From: Eledone cirrhosa
Lineage: Eukaryota
Reading direction: 5' to 3'
DNA length: 64,000 nucleotides
Assembly (NCBI GenBank): GCA_964016885.1
Contig: OZ024742.1
Coordinates: 361,150,001-361,214,000 of the forward strand
The notes below the pieces were generated by a model. It ran no database searches and was not told the origin of the DNA. It was given only the letters and a program-made list of their open reading frames with translations. How positions within the stretch are numbered: position 1 is the stretch's first letter; each line of letters opens with the position of its first letter. Positions 39,276 through 51,674 of this stretch are shown piece by piece. The position numbers were made by a program, and so were the translations under genes.

Positions 39276-40325
39276 AATCACGCCTTTATAGACATCGTTA
39301 TTCGATAAAACATGAACACCAGCGTTATGTAACAACACTCGCAGACAATGCTTGGCAGCTGCGTGAAAATAACCCACAATTTCACCTAAAATGGGATATA
39401 ATAGCGTCTGCCCCCCCATAGTCCAATGGACAGGAATTTTGTAAATTATGTAATGTAGAATTATTTTGTATTATGAAATCCAAAAACATTTTATTAAGTA
39501 ACAGAATAGAGCGATCGTTATACTGTAACCATCGCTTAAAATCTACATTTTCATATTATAAATACTACCAGGATTGAACGCCTGTCTCCATCCCCGTTTG
39601 ATTGTCAAAATAGATATGAACATTCTTTATTAGTCTTAATTCTATCAACTCTTCTATTATTTACCTTTTAATACAAACTGCTAGAGATAAAATGAGATTT
39701 CTGATTTCTTGATTCAATTCCCTAGTGCATATACCAGCTGGATACTAGCATTGATGTTATTTAGTAGCAATCGAAATCTCCCCCTTCCCCAATTGACACT
39801 TTATAATTAATACTACTGCACCAAATGACCAGCCCTGTCCACTGTCCAGTTGGTCAAGTAGAGATTAAAATTGGCACTCCCAAAATTCTTATTTAGATTT
39901 ACTCATGGTATTCTCATTAAAAACCCATTATATACTTGTTTAACAGTAAATTATTTTACCATCTGTCATATTCTATCCCCTCTGTTCCTTCCTCTTTTAC
40001 TAATATAAATACTTCAATTTTTCTGATTTTATCCAGTTTATCCAAAATCTCTGAAGAAGTGACAACTGATTATACATTTGCTTTCGAATACTTGCTAACA
40101 TTATATGATTACGCAAGCAGCGATACATAGGTATTCGGTCTGTTACAGAAACATATGTCAATACCTAATAAATTCCTTTTTTAACAAAAGCACTTTCATT
40201 TTATATTCATCCTTTCTACATTTCTCCGGAATATAATTTATACTCGTTGAGCAAACCTGCACGTACGCTGTTCATCTCTAACGTAACGATATATTATCAC
40301 TACATTATTGATAACCTGAAATTTT
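39276..40325 (+). mobile_element. Penelope-like element 3' remnant: GIY-YIG endonuclease C-terminal half plus pLTR-like region with a decayed hammerhead
   Basis: From 39281 it reads [84 protein letters not shown]. This matches the PLE pattern R..H..SF...T.LS..IW.L....KW.I....C.LC..E....LN.R.E....C.H. CTGAAGA at 40051 and GAAACATATGTC at 40148-40159. Confidence 0.8.
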
Positions 40326-40413
40326 ATATATATATATAGATATATATATACATCCATATATATATACATCCATATATATATATATATATATATATACATC
40401 CATATATATATAT

Positions 40414-41283
40414 ATATTAGCTGCTAAAGGGTTCTCCCTAAAAATGAAAGGCAGGTTGTACGATGCCTGCATACGAACAGCAATGCTGCATGGCAGTGAG
40501 ACCTGGGCATTGTGTGCAGAGGATATACGCAGACTAGAGAGGAACGAAGCTTGCATGCTCCGCTGGATGTGTAACAGTAATATACGTGAACGGCAAAGCA
40601 TAAACGAACTAAGGAAAAAATTAGAGATAAGAGGGATCAGATGTTGTTTACTCGAGAGAAGGCTACGTTGGTATGGACATGTGATGCGCATGAAAGTCGA
40701 TAGCTGTATAACAAAGTGCAGGGCAATAAAGATAGACGGTAGTCACGGAATAGGCAGACCTAGAAAAACCTGGGACGAGCTGATAAACTCCGACGTCACA
40801 CACTTACACCTCTCCAAGACAATGTCACTGGACCGAGACCTTTGGCGGTACTCAGTAACAGAGAAGACCCGCCTTACCTAAATATATAGTAAAACCTACT
40901 CCAGCCAGTAGGCATCTCTAACAAAATACACCCCGTCCCACCACCACCACCCCCACCCGATCCACACCACCCCGTTCTATGTAAAGTTATGTTGGTGCCG
41001 CGCCATCGAGGCCGAAACAAATGAGATCGTGTAGGTGTCACGACAAAAAAACACACAGTCCACGCTGTAATGTGGCCGTGTAGGCAACACGGTAAAAACC
41101 TCCCAGACCCACACTGTAAATGTGGTTGGTGTTAGGAAGGGCATCCAACTGTAGAAAACCTGCCAGACAGTCCTATGCGAGCAAGACAATCACTCTTGCC
41201 TCAAGTGGGACTACCCCCGTCCAAACCCATGCAAGCGTGGAACACGGACGTTAAACGTTGATGATGATGATGATGATGATGAT
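40414..41283 (+). mobile_element. 5'-truncated young RTE LINE (C-terminus, 3' UTR and (GAT)n) inserted in (TA)n
   Basis: ORF 40444..40881 is identical at protein level to the C-terminus of the 30210 ORF. Confidence 0.96.
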
Positions 41284-41525
41284 ACATGCATATACATATA
41301 TTTTTTTTCTATTGTATATATATATGTGTGTGTGTATGTGTGCATAGACATGACTTATTTACGAGGTACATGTTGTAATCACGCAGTTTCATGTTCACTC
41401 CTACTGCATCATATCATTGACAAGTCTTTTACTATAGTCTTGAACTGACCAATGCATTGTGAGGAAAATTATAATAGGCAGAAAATGGGGAGGAGCCCAT
41501 AATATATATATATATATACATATAT

Positions 41526-41700
41526 GATTATCCCAGGTTCAATCGGGAGTAACCACAGTAAGTAAGGTACTCAATACATAGAGTATAAATATTTAATATA
41601 GAAATGGCTCCTACAGGACTAGAAATGTTTCATTTGGAGGAAACCATCAGGTAAGCCAACTGTCAATGTAAGATGGTGGTATTTATACATTTCTATATTA
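41526..41700 (-). mobile_element. Short PLE pLTR-like remnant with degenerate type I hammerhead (41606-41657)
   Basis: The minus strand reads GGCTTAC-CTGATGG-TTTCCTCCAAAT-GAAA-CA...TG-TA-GGAGCC, followed by ATTAAA and GTATTGAGTAC. Flanked by TA runs. Confidence 0.55.
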
Positions 41701-41705
41701 AATAT

Positions 41706-41859
41706 ATCATCATCATCATCATCATCAACGTTTAACGTCCGTGTTCCACGCTTGCATGGGTTTGGACGGGGGTTTTCCCACTTGAGGCAAGAGTGATTGT
41801 CTTGCTTGCATAGGACTGTCTGGCGGGTTTTCTACAGCTGGATGCCCTTCCTAACACCA
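41706..41859 (-). mobile_element. RTE 3'-terminal fragment (same family as the long copies)
   Basis: (CAT)n AACGTTTAACGTCCGTGTTCCACGCTTGCATGGG...GGATGCCCTTCCTAACACCA. Confidence 0.93.
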
Positions 41860-42649
41860 TATATATACATAAGTGCCAAGTCCACATTGTACGTGGTCAT
41901 GTATGTGTCACAATAAAAAGCACACAGCCGGGGCTGTGGGGAGACAAGCCGTTTATATTACAAATTCTGTTGAATAGTCTTAAATACTTCAATAAAGCAT
42001 ACATATATATATACATATATATATATATACATATATATATATACACACACACACATATACATGGTAACACGAAAAAAGCAGCTAGCACACACTGTAAATT
42101 GGAGTTTTAGTGATAACAGTTGGATGACAAATGTAATCTACTTGTCTTAACCTGGTCTAAGTCTAACACTAATGTACCAAATTGATGTTCATCAACATTT
42201 TCTCTATTAAAACTTGATCACTAATGGGTTTTCTTCACACAATCCACTGCAAATCCAATTGTTTAATGTGATGAGACCTTAGATAATTTCACCAAAAATT
42301 TAACATGTTTAATACCAAACCATCTGCAAGTTCCTTGGTTCTATAATGGTAAGCTTTAATAGTTCTACCTTTTTCTGATTTTCATTTCTTTTCAGATATA
42401 TTATCGCAGACATCATGCTAACTCAACAAATGAAAAAGCACACTGTACTCATTGCCTTAATGGCAGAGCGTAGTGTTTTAAAGATTGCTCAATCCCTGAC
42501 TGTTGCACAGTCATTTTTTGTAGAAGGTTTGCAAAGATCAGAAAGATGCTGATGGGGATTCTACAGCAGAAGCAAAATTTAAAAGGTCTGCTAAGGGTCC
42601 TAATACCATAAGAATATTCAAAACTGTATGTGCAAATGTTATAGAAAAC

Positions 42650-42855
42650 AAGAAGTGCCAAGAAATCCCAGTAGAAGGAAGACGCAGTAGAGAAAGACCA
42701 CGAAAAACATGGGCGGATGTGATGAGAGCAGACCTCAGATCGCTGAAGCTCACGGAGGAGATGACGAAGGACCATGACAAGTGGAGAGATGATGTGCTGA
42801 ATAGGACCCATCCCGCCCTTGCAAGCAGAGAAAAGCGGACGTAAAATGATGATGA
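42650..42855 (+). mobile_element. 3' end of a further RTE family whose ORF runs up to the tail
   Basis: Reads KKCQEIPVEGRRSRERPRKTWADVMRADL...NRTHPALASREKRT*, then (GAT)n. Confidence 0.88.
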
Positions 42856-43176
42856 TAAGGAATAAGAACCCCGAAACGTCAATTAGAGCTATTGATACGG
42901 AGCTCAATTTATTGGAAGAATTGTGCATGAAGATCATTGATACAAGTCATATGTGGTGTGTAAAGGCCAATTCATGTCTACAATGACAACAGATATATCT
43001 CTGGTTTGTGTAAAGATCTAGTGGAGCAAGTTGAAATGTCAAGAGCCTGTAATGCTTTGGTTTTTCTCTGATGAGAACAATTTTGATCAGGACCAAATGG
43101 AGAGCAGGGAACCTCAACAAATTTCAATGGTCATGCACACAATGTTTCTGGCAACTCTAATGTTTCTGGGAGTTGT

Positions 43177-43415
43177 TGTGGAGGTGCCACGGCAAAAAGC
43201 ACCCAGCCCACACTGTAGGGGCCACAGAAAAAAGCACCCACCACTCACTGTAAATGAGGTTGGTTTTAGGAAGGGCATCCAGCTGAAGAAATCAAGCCAG
43301 AATCAGTTCCTGTATGAGGAAGACAAGGTCAGCTGACCGGACACTGTGCACAACAGGACAACGCGTCTAACCCATGCTAGCGTGGAAGAACGGACGTAAA
43401 ACGGTGATGATGATG
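43177..43415 (+). mobile_element. RTE 3' UTR fragment (matches the 22547 subfamily end)
   Basis: AGGAAGGGCATCCAGCTG...AACCCATGCTAGCGTGGAAGAACGGACGTAAAACGGTGATGATGATGA. Confidence 0.88.
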
Positions 43416-44414
43416 AAGCAATATATCAAGCCTCCTCACTTCTTTCCCCAGATCTTAAATTTACCAGTGCTGTAGACTAAGGAGATATTGAAGAAGGTTG
43501 AGAAACCTTGGATAATGAACATAAGCAAAGAAAAACCATATACTTACCAACAAGATTCTGTGCCATATCATAAAATAAAGATAACAAAGAATTGATGTGT
43601 TACAATCTCCTCAATCATATGGCCTGCTAGCTCTCCAGACCTCAATCCATTGGAATACTGCATATGGAGCACAGCCAAAAGCCAAGTCAATTGATGCCCC
43701 CATAGCACTATAAAATCTCTGACATTTGCCATAACTAGTACGATGTACAAAATAAATGAAATTCATTGGATTAAGTATATGCGTCAGGAAGAGTCAAGAT
43801 TATTCATGCCAACTTTTGTCTCAAATTAACCTTTTCTCTCATGACTTATGCATTTTAAACTAAATTCATGCAAATGTCCCTCAAGAACTGAGTGACCCTG
43901 TGGACAAACATATATTTATCATTTTAAAACCTCGGATGACATAGATTCAAACACATAGGGAACACGAGACACAGGAAATATGACACACACATGCAACATG
44001 ATACATGGACAACCTAACACACACACTACTTAAAATACACATACAGACACAACCTAACACATGCACACAACCTAACTCACTTAACATATATACAAACAAC
44101 GTAACACACAACATAAAACACACACAATATAACACATACACAACTTAACAAAGACACAAACACACCCTGCACTGTTTAAGGACACTAAACAAAAGCAGAT
44201 TAATTTCTTCCATCATGATACAATATTTAAATCCTATTGAAGTGAAAATTACAGCTCTGAGATTAATAGTTTTACACCAAGTGTGTACACTATAACTTGA
44301 AAGACTGTAGAAATTGTCCTATATCAATATAATACAGATATACTGTATTATGCACTGAATACATCAAACTAAAATAATGTGTTATATATATTATAATATT
44401 TATGTACATGTACT

Positions 44415-44643
44415 GACCGCTGGATAAAGAAGTGCCAAGAAATCCCAGTAGGAGGAAGACACAGTAGAGGAAGACCACGAAAAACATGGGCGGAGGTGGT
44501 GACAGCAGGACCTCAGATCACTGAATCTCACAGTGGAGATGACGAAGGACCGTGACAAGTGGAGAGATGCTGTGCTGAATAGGGCCCGTCTCATCCTTGC
44601 AAGCAGGGAAAAGCAGACGTAAAATGGTGATGAAGATGATGAT
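44415..44643 (+). mobile_element. RTE 3' fragment, same family as 42650-42855
   Basis: AAGAAGTGCCAAGAAATCCCAGTAG...CCTTGCAAGCAGGGAAAAGCAGACGTAAAATGGTGATG. Confidence 0.87.
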
Positions 44644-44791
44644 GTACACACACAGAACAAAGGCGCTACTCAAGGTTTCAAGGCCCAAATTTGACCGTAC
44701 AACCAGAATATGAGATGCATCAAATCAGTGACCTTTCTTCAAGCATTTATATGAGATTATATATGCACAAACACATACATATATATGTGTG

Positions 44792-44938
44792 TGATTACGG
44801 GCTGAAAGAAAGGCGTACTCAATACCTGAGTAGAGTTTCAATATTCATTTTGTTTAGGCCAAATAGTGAGTCTTGTTAAGCAGGAGTTTTACCTGTTTAT
44901 CACAGTAACAATACTCATTATTTAGCCTTAATAAGATG

Positions 44939-44940
<2 letters not shown>
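44792..44940 (-). mobile_element. PLE pLTR-like remnant, inverted paralogue of 45607-45745
   Basis: The reverse complement aligns with 45607-45745 (CAGGTAAAACTCC...AGACTCA.TATTT...AAATGAATATT) and contains GTATTGAGTAC. Confidence 0.55.
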
Positions 44941-44992
<52 letters not shown>

Positions 44993-44994
<2 letters not shown>

Positions 44995-45043
44995 TCCCAC
45001 CCTTGCAAGCAGGGAAAAGTGAACGTAAAATGATGATGATGAT
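44993..45043 (+). mobile_element. Minimal RTE 3' end (stem-loop plus tail) in (TA)n
   Basis: CCCACCCTTGCAAGCAGGGAAAAGTGAACGTAAAATGATGATGATGAT. Confidence 0.8.
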
Positions 45044-45531
45044 ATATATATGTCATCATGATCTTTTAATGCCCACCTTCCCTGCTAGTTAGTGCATAGA
45101 TGAAGTCTGCATTGAATTGGAGTCACTGACTTCCCAGACAGGCAGGGATTGTGCGTCTCCCTTAAATATGCTTGCTCTTTTACAAGACACCCAGACCATC
45201 CTGTACAATAGGTGGTACTAGGCAGAGCATCAAACGATAGAAAAAAAAGCCCAAACTATAATATGAGCAACACTTGGTCACCTGCCTGCCTGGTCTTATA
45301 TGACAGCCTGTCTAACTCACACAAGTATGAAAATAAGACATTGTACAGTAAGGATGATAATATATATTTATATATATATCCTTTTATAATAGAATTGAAA
45401 ATCTTTCATATTTTAAATGAAGGTATTGATACTTATAATTTTAGGGTAAGATATATGTATATGTGTATATACACATACAGACACATATTTGTGTGTGTGT
45501 GCACGCATATATAGGTATGCATATAATCTAT

Positions 45532-45596
45532 ATCATCATCACCGTTTAACATCTATTTTTCATGCTAGCATGGGTTAGACGGGTTGTCCCACTTGA
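45532..45596 (-). mobile_element. Minimal RTE 3' end
   Basis: ATCATCATCACCGTTTAAC...CATGCTAGCATGGGTTAGACGGG. Confidence 0.8.
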
Positions 45597-45634
45597 ATAT
45601 ATATATATTCATTTTATTAAGTCTAAATAAGACA

Positions 45635-45683
45635 TTCTTGTCTGATGATCTTGCGATAAGCAGGTAAAACTCCAGAATAAGAA
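45635..45683 (+). ncRNA. Degenerate type I hammerhead ribozyme motif (probably inactive)
   Basis: Stem I TTCTTGT/ATAAGAA, core CTGATGA and stem II CTTGC/GCAGG are present. AAAA replaces GAAA and the NUH triplet is damaged. Confidence 0.5.
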
Positions 45684-46083
45684 GACTCATTATTTAGTCA
45701 TAATGAAATGAATATTTGAACTCTACCCTTTCAGCCATCAGCTACATACGTATGTATAACTGTTATTTTAAATTCTGACTTACTATGGAATGTGTATGTA
45801 AAGTTGCCAATTATTTCAGAGAGACATGTAACTCTTACATGGAATCAATATAACAGTGTATGACAAGGCTAGCTCTTTGAATTACATGTGCATCTCATCT
45901 TATGTGATTCCAAATAAATTCCAAATAATCAATTTTATTCACCAGATTTATGTCTGTGTTAAGTTATGTTAAAAATGCTTGCCCAAGATATCATGCAGTA
46001 CAGCTGAACTTGGGACCTCATAATTGGGAAACAAACCTTTTAACTAACCACCATTGTCCTGTATGTACAGAGACACAGACAAT

Positions 46084-46127
<44 letters not shown>

Positions 46128-47701
46128 TATACACACAGACACACACTCAGACATACACACATGGACACATGTACAGAAACACATACACATCATGTGAGGC
46201 ACTAATCTTGCGAGAAGTGACTAAAAATGTTAGCATCAACATGAACATCTGACCATAAAACACTGCATCAAAAGCTCAATTTAACCCTTACTAACAGAGG
46301 AAATGAAACATAAAATCATTGGTAAATGGAATTTCTGTCTCTTTACTTTTTCATGTGATATTTTATCATGAAAAATACATATCATTTTATGAAATCAAAG
46401 GAATAATCAATAATGTAGTCATTAATTTAAATTTACTTAGAGCCACCTGAGCTAGTGAGTGCATCAGAAAGCATGGTACTAATATTTATACATTCACTCT
46501 AGTTCCTCCTGAAATATTTTGTGCCAGCTCTTCTTGGGTCTTTCTCTTCCATTTTCCCTCTAAAAAGTGTCCAATAAATAGACATCTTTACATGTCTAGT
46601 ATCTAATTTTGGCACATGCCAGTAGTTTGGTTGGAAAGAGAAAGTAGATTATATTGACTCTAGATCTTGACCAGTAGTTTATGGAACTTATGAGGAAATC
46701 CAAAGTTGACCTTGGTAGGAAATGAACTCAGAATGTTGAACCAAAACAAATGTCCAATGTTATAATGAATCTGTAATCCACAGCCATTACCTGGTGTTAT
46801 ACTAATGGGATAAATGCATCTCTGAGTAAGATCCTAGAATATTCTTTGTTCCTCTTTTTGGTTAGGGTGTAAGGTTCACAATTATGGGGACAATTCTTAT
46901 ACAGGGTGGAGCATTATCTCCTTAAATATTGCAACATTTTTCACATTATTCCAGCTGTTGAAAGTTTGTCAATCCAATGATTGGGGGGACCCTTCAGTTT
47001 TGTCAAAGACATAACAATCTCTCCTGTGCTCCCAGTAGAATGTGAGAGTATATTTAAGCTAGATAACAGAACCTTAGCTTGTCTGAGAGGTCAGTAGCTC
47101 TGTTTCAGTTCTCACTTGGGCTATGTAGGCCTGTCCAACACATGCTAGCAAAGAAAGCAGTTGTTAAAACTATGATGGTGATGATGATAATAATGATGAT
47201 AATAATGATGATAACTGAAAAAGAATATGAACAGTGCCTAAAGACAGACTGCTGTTTTATGTAATGGGAAGTCTTATACTTATGACACCATAATAATCTC
47301 TGGAAAGATTAGCCTTTAGAACCAAGACAGACATTAACTTTAAATCTATTTATATTAACAAATTTCATTTTGACATGATCAGGTAATTTCTTAATAATAA
47401 TGAAACTGACATGGAGACTTATGCCAAATTAATAATTAAATTGCCTCAATAAAGCGAAGCTATATTTATTTACATACCCCTTCACATATAGGTGAAACAA
47501 GAAAACTTCTGTAGTATATAGATTTCTGGAACATTATATATTAGCTGGCTTAATATATTTTTCTTTCAAATTGTTTTCTTTTAGCATCTTATAATCACAC
47601 TTCATTTTTCCTTATTTTCCAGCCAGTGAATTATTCATTCAACCATATTGTATTTTGTTTTGGAAAGAATTTGAATATTCTATTTTCCCACTTTAGTTTT
47701 C

Positions 47702-48085
47702 TCATCATCATCATCGTTTTTATGCCTGTTTTTCCATGCTTGCACGGGTTGGACAGATCCTTCTCAGTACAACATCTCTCCACTTGTCATGTTCCTTTGT
47801 CATCTCCTCAGCAAGACTTAGTAATTTGAGGTCAGCTATTACAACCTCTGCCCAGGTCTTTCTTGGTCATCCACTTTTAAGGCTGGCTTCCTTCTACTGG
47901 GATTTCCTGGCATTTATTCATCCATTGGTCATTGTCCATGTACATCACATGTCCATACCAGCACAGACTCCTCTCCTGCACACTGTCTTGGATTCCCCAT
48001 AAACCCAACTTCTCTCTCAGCTCATTCAAGCTCTGCCTGTCTCTCACGTTTACATTGTACATCCAATGAAACATGGTTGCTTCAT
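47702..48085 (-). mobile_element. Older RTE 3' fragment
   Basis: ORF 47877..48134 contains WMYNVNVRDRQSLNELREKLG...WYGHVM...KCQEIPVEG. A (CAT)n tail lies at 47702. Confidence 0.87.
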
Positions 48086-48557
48086 TTTCTCCTTTATACA
48101 CAATTGTGAAACAGGTTGCTGTTGAACCTAACATTTGACAGTCTATGTAATATTGGGCTGGTTTCTGTATAGTTTCTGACAGTTTCCTTTTCCAGCCTAA
48201 TTCCTTACTTTCTTTTTTTTTTTTTGCTTAATTAATTATTTCAATAGTTGTATGTCCTTCATATTGTTTACTATTCAAGCATGAAATTGATGTGGAATCT
48301 GCTGTCAGTTAAAGAAATCATTTTGTTTGCTTAGTCATATGGCTTTCCTTGTAAGGAGTGGGATGATTGTCATTAATTGAATTTACTGATATCATTTTAC
48401 AGCTGTTTATTTTAGCAATAAAGGTAATATCATCCCTGATAGGATTCTAATTCACAAAAATGAGATCCCAATTGAAGCCAGCATTTTCATACTTCAAATA
48501 TCTCAGCTAATTTTCAATGAGAAACGTTTCAACATTTTCACTCACCAAAAGCAGTCT

Positions 48558-49085
48558 GACAAAAAGCACCCAGTCCACACTGTACAGTGGTTGTGTAGGT
48601 GTCATGACAAACAGCCCCCAGCCACACTGCAAAGTGGTCATGAAGGTGTCATGACAAACAGCACTCAGTACGCACTGTAAAATGTTTGTGTAGGTGTCAT
48701 GACAAAAACACCCAGTCCTTACTGTAAAGTAGTCATGTAGGTGTCATGACAAACAGCACCCAGTACACACTATGAGGTGGTCGTGTAGGTGTCATGACAA
48801 ACAACACCTAGCCACACTGTAAAGTGGTCAGATGGTAACACGACAAATAGAACCCAGTCCACACCGTGAAGTGTTCATGTAGTTGTCATGACAAGAAGCA
48901 CCCAGTACTCACTGTAAATGTGGTTGGTGTTAGAAAGGGCATCCAGCTGTAGAAACCAAGCCAAAATCAGTTCTGAATGAACAAAACATTGTCACCTGAC
49001 CTGTCATTTCTCACAACAGGACAACTCACCTAACCCATGCTAGAATGGAGAAATATACGTTATACTGTGAGGATGATAATGATGA
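48558..49085 (+). mobile_element. RTE 3' UTR-derived element with ~7-8 tandem ~47-bp units
   Basis: GTCATGACAA at 48601, 48648, 48696, 48744, 48791 and 48885, then GGGCATCCAGCTGTAGAAA, AACCCATGCTAG and the tail. Confidence 0.87.
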
Positions 49086-50094
49086 CTGAATGACTGTCCA
49101 ACTAAAATATCTCCAAGGTTCATCCTTAGCTGTTGTGAGAGTGATGTTGAATTTCCTCGTTATGTTTACCCTCATTTTTGAATTTCATTTAGGAAGGTGG
49201 GTGGGGTCAGCCCTGAATTTTTACACTACTGGACATCTCTATTTGTATTAGAATCTGAGTTGGGAGTGTATTTTCATCTGGATATGACAAAACCAATCAA
49301 TATGTTCAATAAACCATAATATTTGGAATTGATCTAAACTTTATACCTTTTCCCCATGGAAAATACTCATGACAAATCTGAAAAAGGAGATATCATTTAT
49401 TAACTCTAAATATAATAATTGTATCTAAATTATATATTTAACAGTAGGCACGTATTTCCTTAGCCAGTGGATCTTCATCACTAAGAATTTCTCTTTCATA
49501 TCCTCCCAATAATATGACTTCATATGGAGGATAATTACAGTTAACAATGATGATAATCACAATATCTAAGTATTCAAATAGAACAAAGAGGAATTAACAC
49601 GCCTCTAAGTCTATGGTACCACAGAGGATCTTTTTTCCCTTTAAGAGGGCTTCAAAGACATGAAAGTTGTTGTGAGCAATCTATTTATTTATAGTTTAGT
49701 TATAGCATCTACCTTTATTAAATAAGTAGAGAAATTGAGGGTGGTTGAAATTGAGGGTGGTTGAAAATATCAAAGTGTTTTAATCAGAGGTGGAGACTTC
49801 TGGTGTCCATGGCCCTAGGACCACCTTCCTACTCACTACGATTTGCACAGAGTTGGCTACCAGCATGTGTGAACCACACAAACTGGAATGGCTTTTCCAA
49901 TGTGTCTCCTTCACCATCCTCCAGGGGCCATGGGACAGCCAATGCATGGGGCCCCATTTGCTCATAATAGTGTGAGATGGGGAGAGCAGAAGAGACAGAA
50001 GCATTCAGAGTTTGGTTCCATTGTGTTTGGACCTGGTGTATATATTTACCACATGTTACATACTCCCAAGTAATTGTATACATTATTACCAATG

Positions 50095-50353
50095 CTGTAA
50101 AGTGGTTGTGTAGGTGTCATGACAAAAAGCTCCCAGTCGACACTGTAAAGTGGTTGTGTACGTGTCATGACAAAAAGCACCCAGTACTCACTGTAAATAT
50201 GGTTGGTGTCAGGAAGGGCATCCAGCTGTAGAAACCAAGCCAAAATCAGTTCTGTATGAGCAAGACATCGTCACCTGACTTAGTATTGCCCACAACAGGA
50301 CTTGTCTAACCCATGCTAGCATAGAAAAATTGACGTTAAATCAGTGATGATGA
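50095..50353 (+). mobile_element. RTE 3' UTR fragment
   Basis: Two 47-bp units, AGGAAGGGCATCCAGCTGTAGAAA, AACCCATGCTAGCAT and the tail. Confidence 0.87.
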
Positions 50354-50670
50354 CAGATTTATTGATAGACATGTAAACATGCAATCAGATGTTCAGAAAA
50401 CACACTCTAAAGAAACAGAATATAAACATTTAGCAACTACAATGATGTTTTGCAATCTTTTTATATTTGCTGAACAAATTTGGTGTGGCCAATACCAAAA
50501 TCAACCCTGATCCAACATAGCAAGGCTCAAATGCAGTCCAGTCATGACCAACACATATTTCTTTTATATTTATGACTATATCATTCCATGTGTCCTTTAT
50601 GTTCAAGGTTGTGATTTGAGGGAAATTTAACAAAGGGTCTTACATAAAATGAAGTATATTTAGTATTAAT

Positions 50671-50799
50671 GTCCCTTTACGGTCTGAGTTCAAATCCCGT
50701 CGAGGTTAACTTTGCCTTTCATCCTTTCGGGGTCGATAAAAAAAAGTACCAGTAATGCACTGGGTAATTGCTGGTCTCGTGCCAAAAGTAGAAACAATA
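50671..50799 (+). mobile_element. SINE fragment (B box plus Meta-domain-like centre)
   Basis: GAGTTCAAATCCC...GCCTTTCATCCTTTCGGGGTCGATAAA...AGTACCAG; paralogous to 58549-58740. It is flanked by the duplicated TATTTAGTATTAATGT (50656 and 50798). Confidence 0.8.
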
Positions 50800-51674
50800 T
50801 TTAGTATTAATGTGGTGTGGTAAATAAATATATTCATGTATATATTAGGTCCAAACCCAATGGAACCAAACACCTACTGTTACAGCCTCCATCTTTCCCC
50901 ATCTCTCACTATTATAAGCAAATGAGGACCCATGCAACAGTTACCCCAGCAGCCCTGGTGGACAGAATAGAGATGTTTCCCCAGAGAATAGTGAAAAAAT
51001 CACTCTGGACATGTTTTTTGAGACTGCCTGTTTATTGTTTTACATATGTCTATAAATTACAATGAAGAGGCTCTCTCTTTCGTTCATATTCATAGAAGTT
51101 ATGTTTCTTGGCGAATGTTGAATATTTGTGATCTCTTGAACATTAGACTATGACATGTCTTGTAGAAAAGCTGTGATGATATTTTTGACAATGTAAAGCT
51201 GCATCAAGTCTGAGTATAGCATTAGATGCTGAATTTTAATATCTATATTCTTCTAAGATTATCGAGCTCCAGGAAGTGGATCCATAATGCCATTTATTCC
51301 AATAGTTGTGATCAATTAAAACAATATTCCCCATGATTTTTACTAGATTGCTTCCAGTTTTCTAGTGATTCTAGCATCAATATTGAGAGCAGCACAGTTG
51401 AAAAAAAACATCTTCCAAAAACGTATCATTCTGTTCTTTCAGTTGACATCTACCTTACTGGCAGCCTCCGTTAATCCTCAGCAGATTTCTGTCAGTTAAG
51501 AAGCATAAACATGGTATAAAACCCCAATAGTCATTGCAGGTTTAAATAGCAGAATATACAGATGACCATTTGTCATTATAAAATTGTCACAACAAAGGTG
51601 AAGTATCTTGTCCACCACTGCTTATCATGAATTTGAAGTCTCAAAAAACTCCAGACTAGCATTGATTAACATTC

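Larger units (their letters stand above)
42415..43790 (+). pseudogene. Decayed Tc1/mariner-superfamily transposase (DD37D/maT-like), split by two RTE-derived insertions
   Basis: Peptide remnants in order: MLTQQMKKHTVLIAL, NPETSIRAI, LWFFSDENNFDQDQ, VMHTMFLATLMFLGVV, KPPHFFP, KPWI...YTYQQDSVPYHK, WPASSPDLNPLEYCIWS. Frameshifts and stops are present. TIRs were not identified. Confidence 0.85.

Noticed and set aside
38985-39419. Tyr/Ile/Met-rich ORFs (also 61315-62922)
   Set aside because: They are translations of (TA)n, (TACA)n and GA-rich simple repeats.
42860-42885. CCCCGAAACGTC as a minimal hammerhead 3' half
   Set aside because: It lies in frame in the transposase remnant (NPETSIRAI) and has no upstream CTGANGA.
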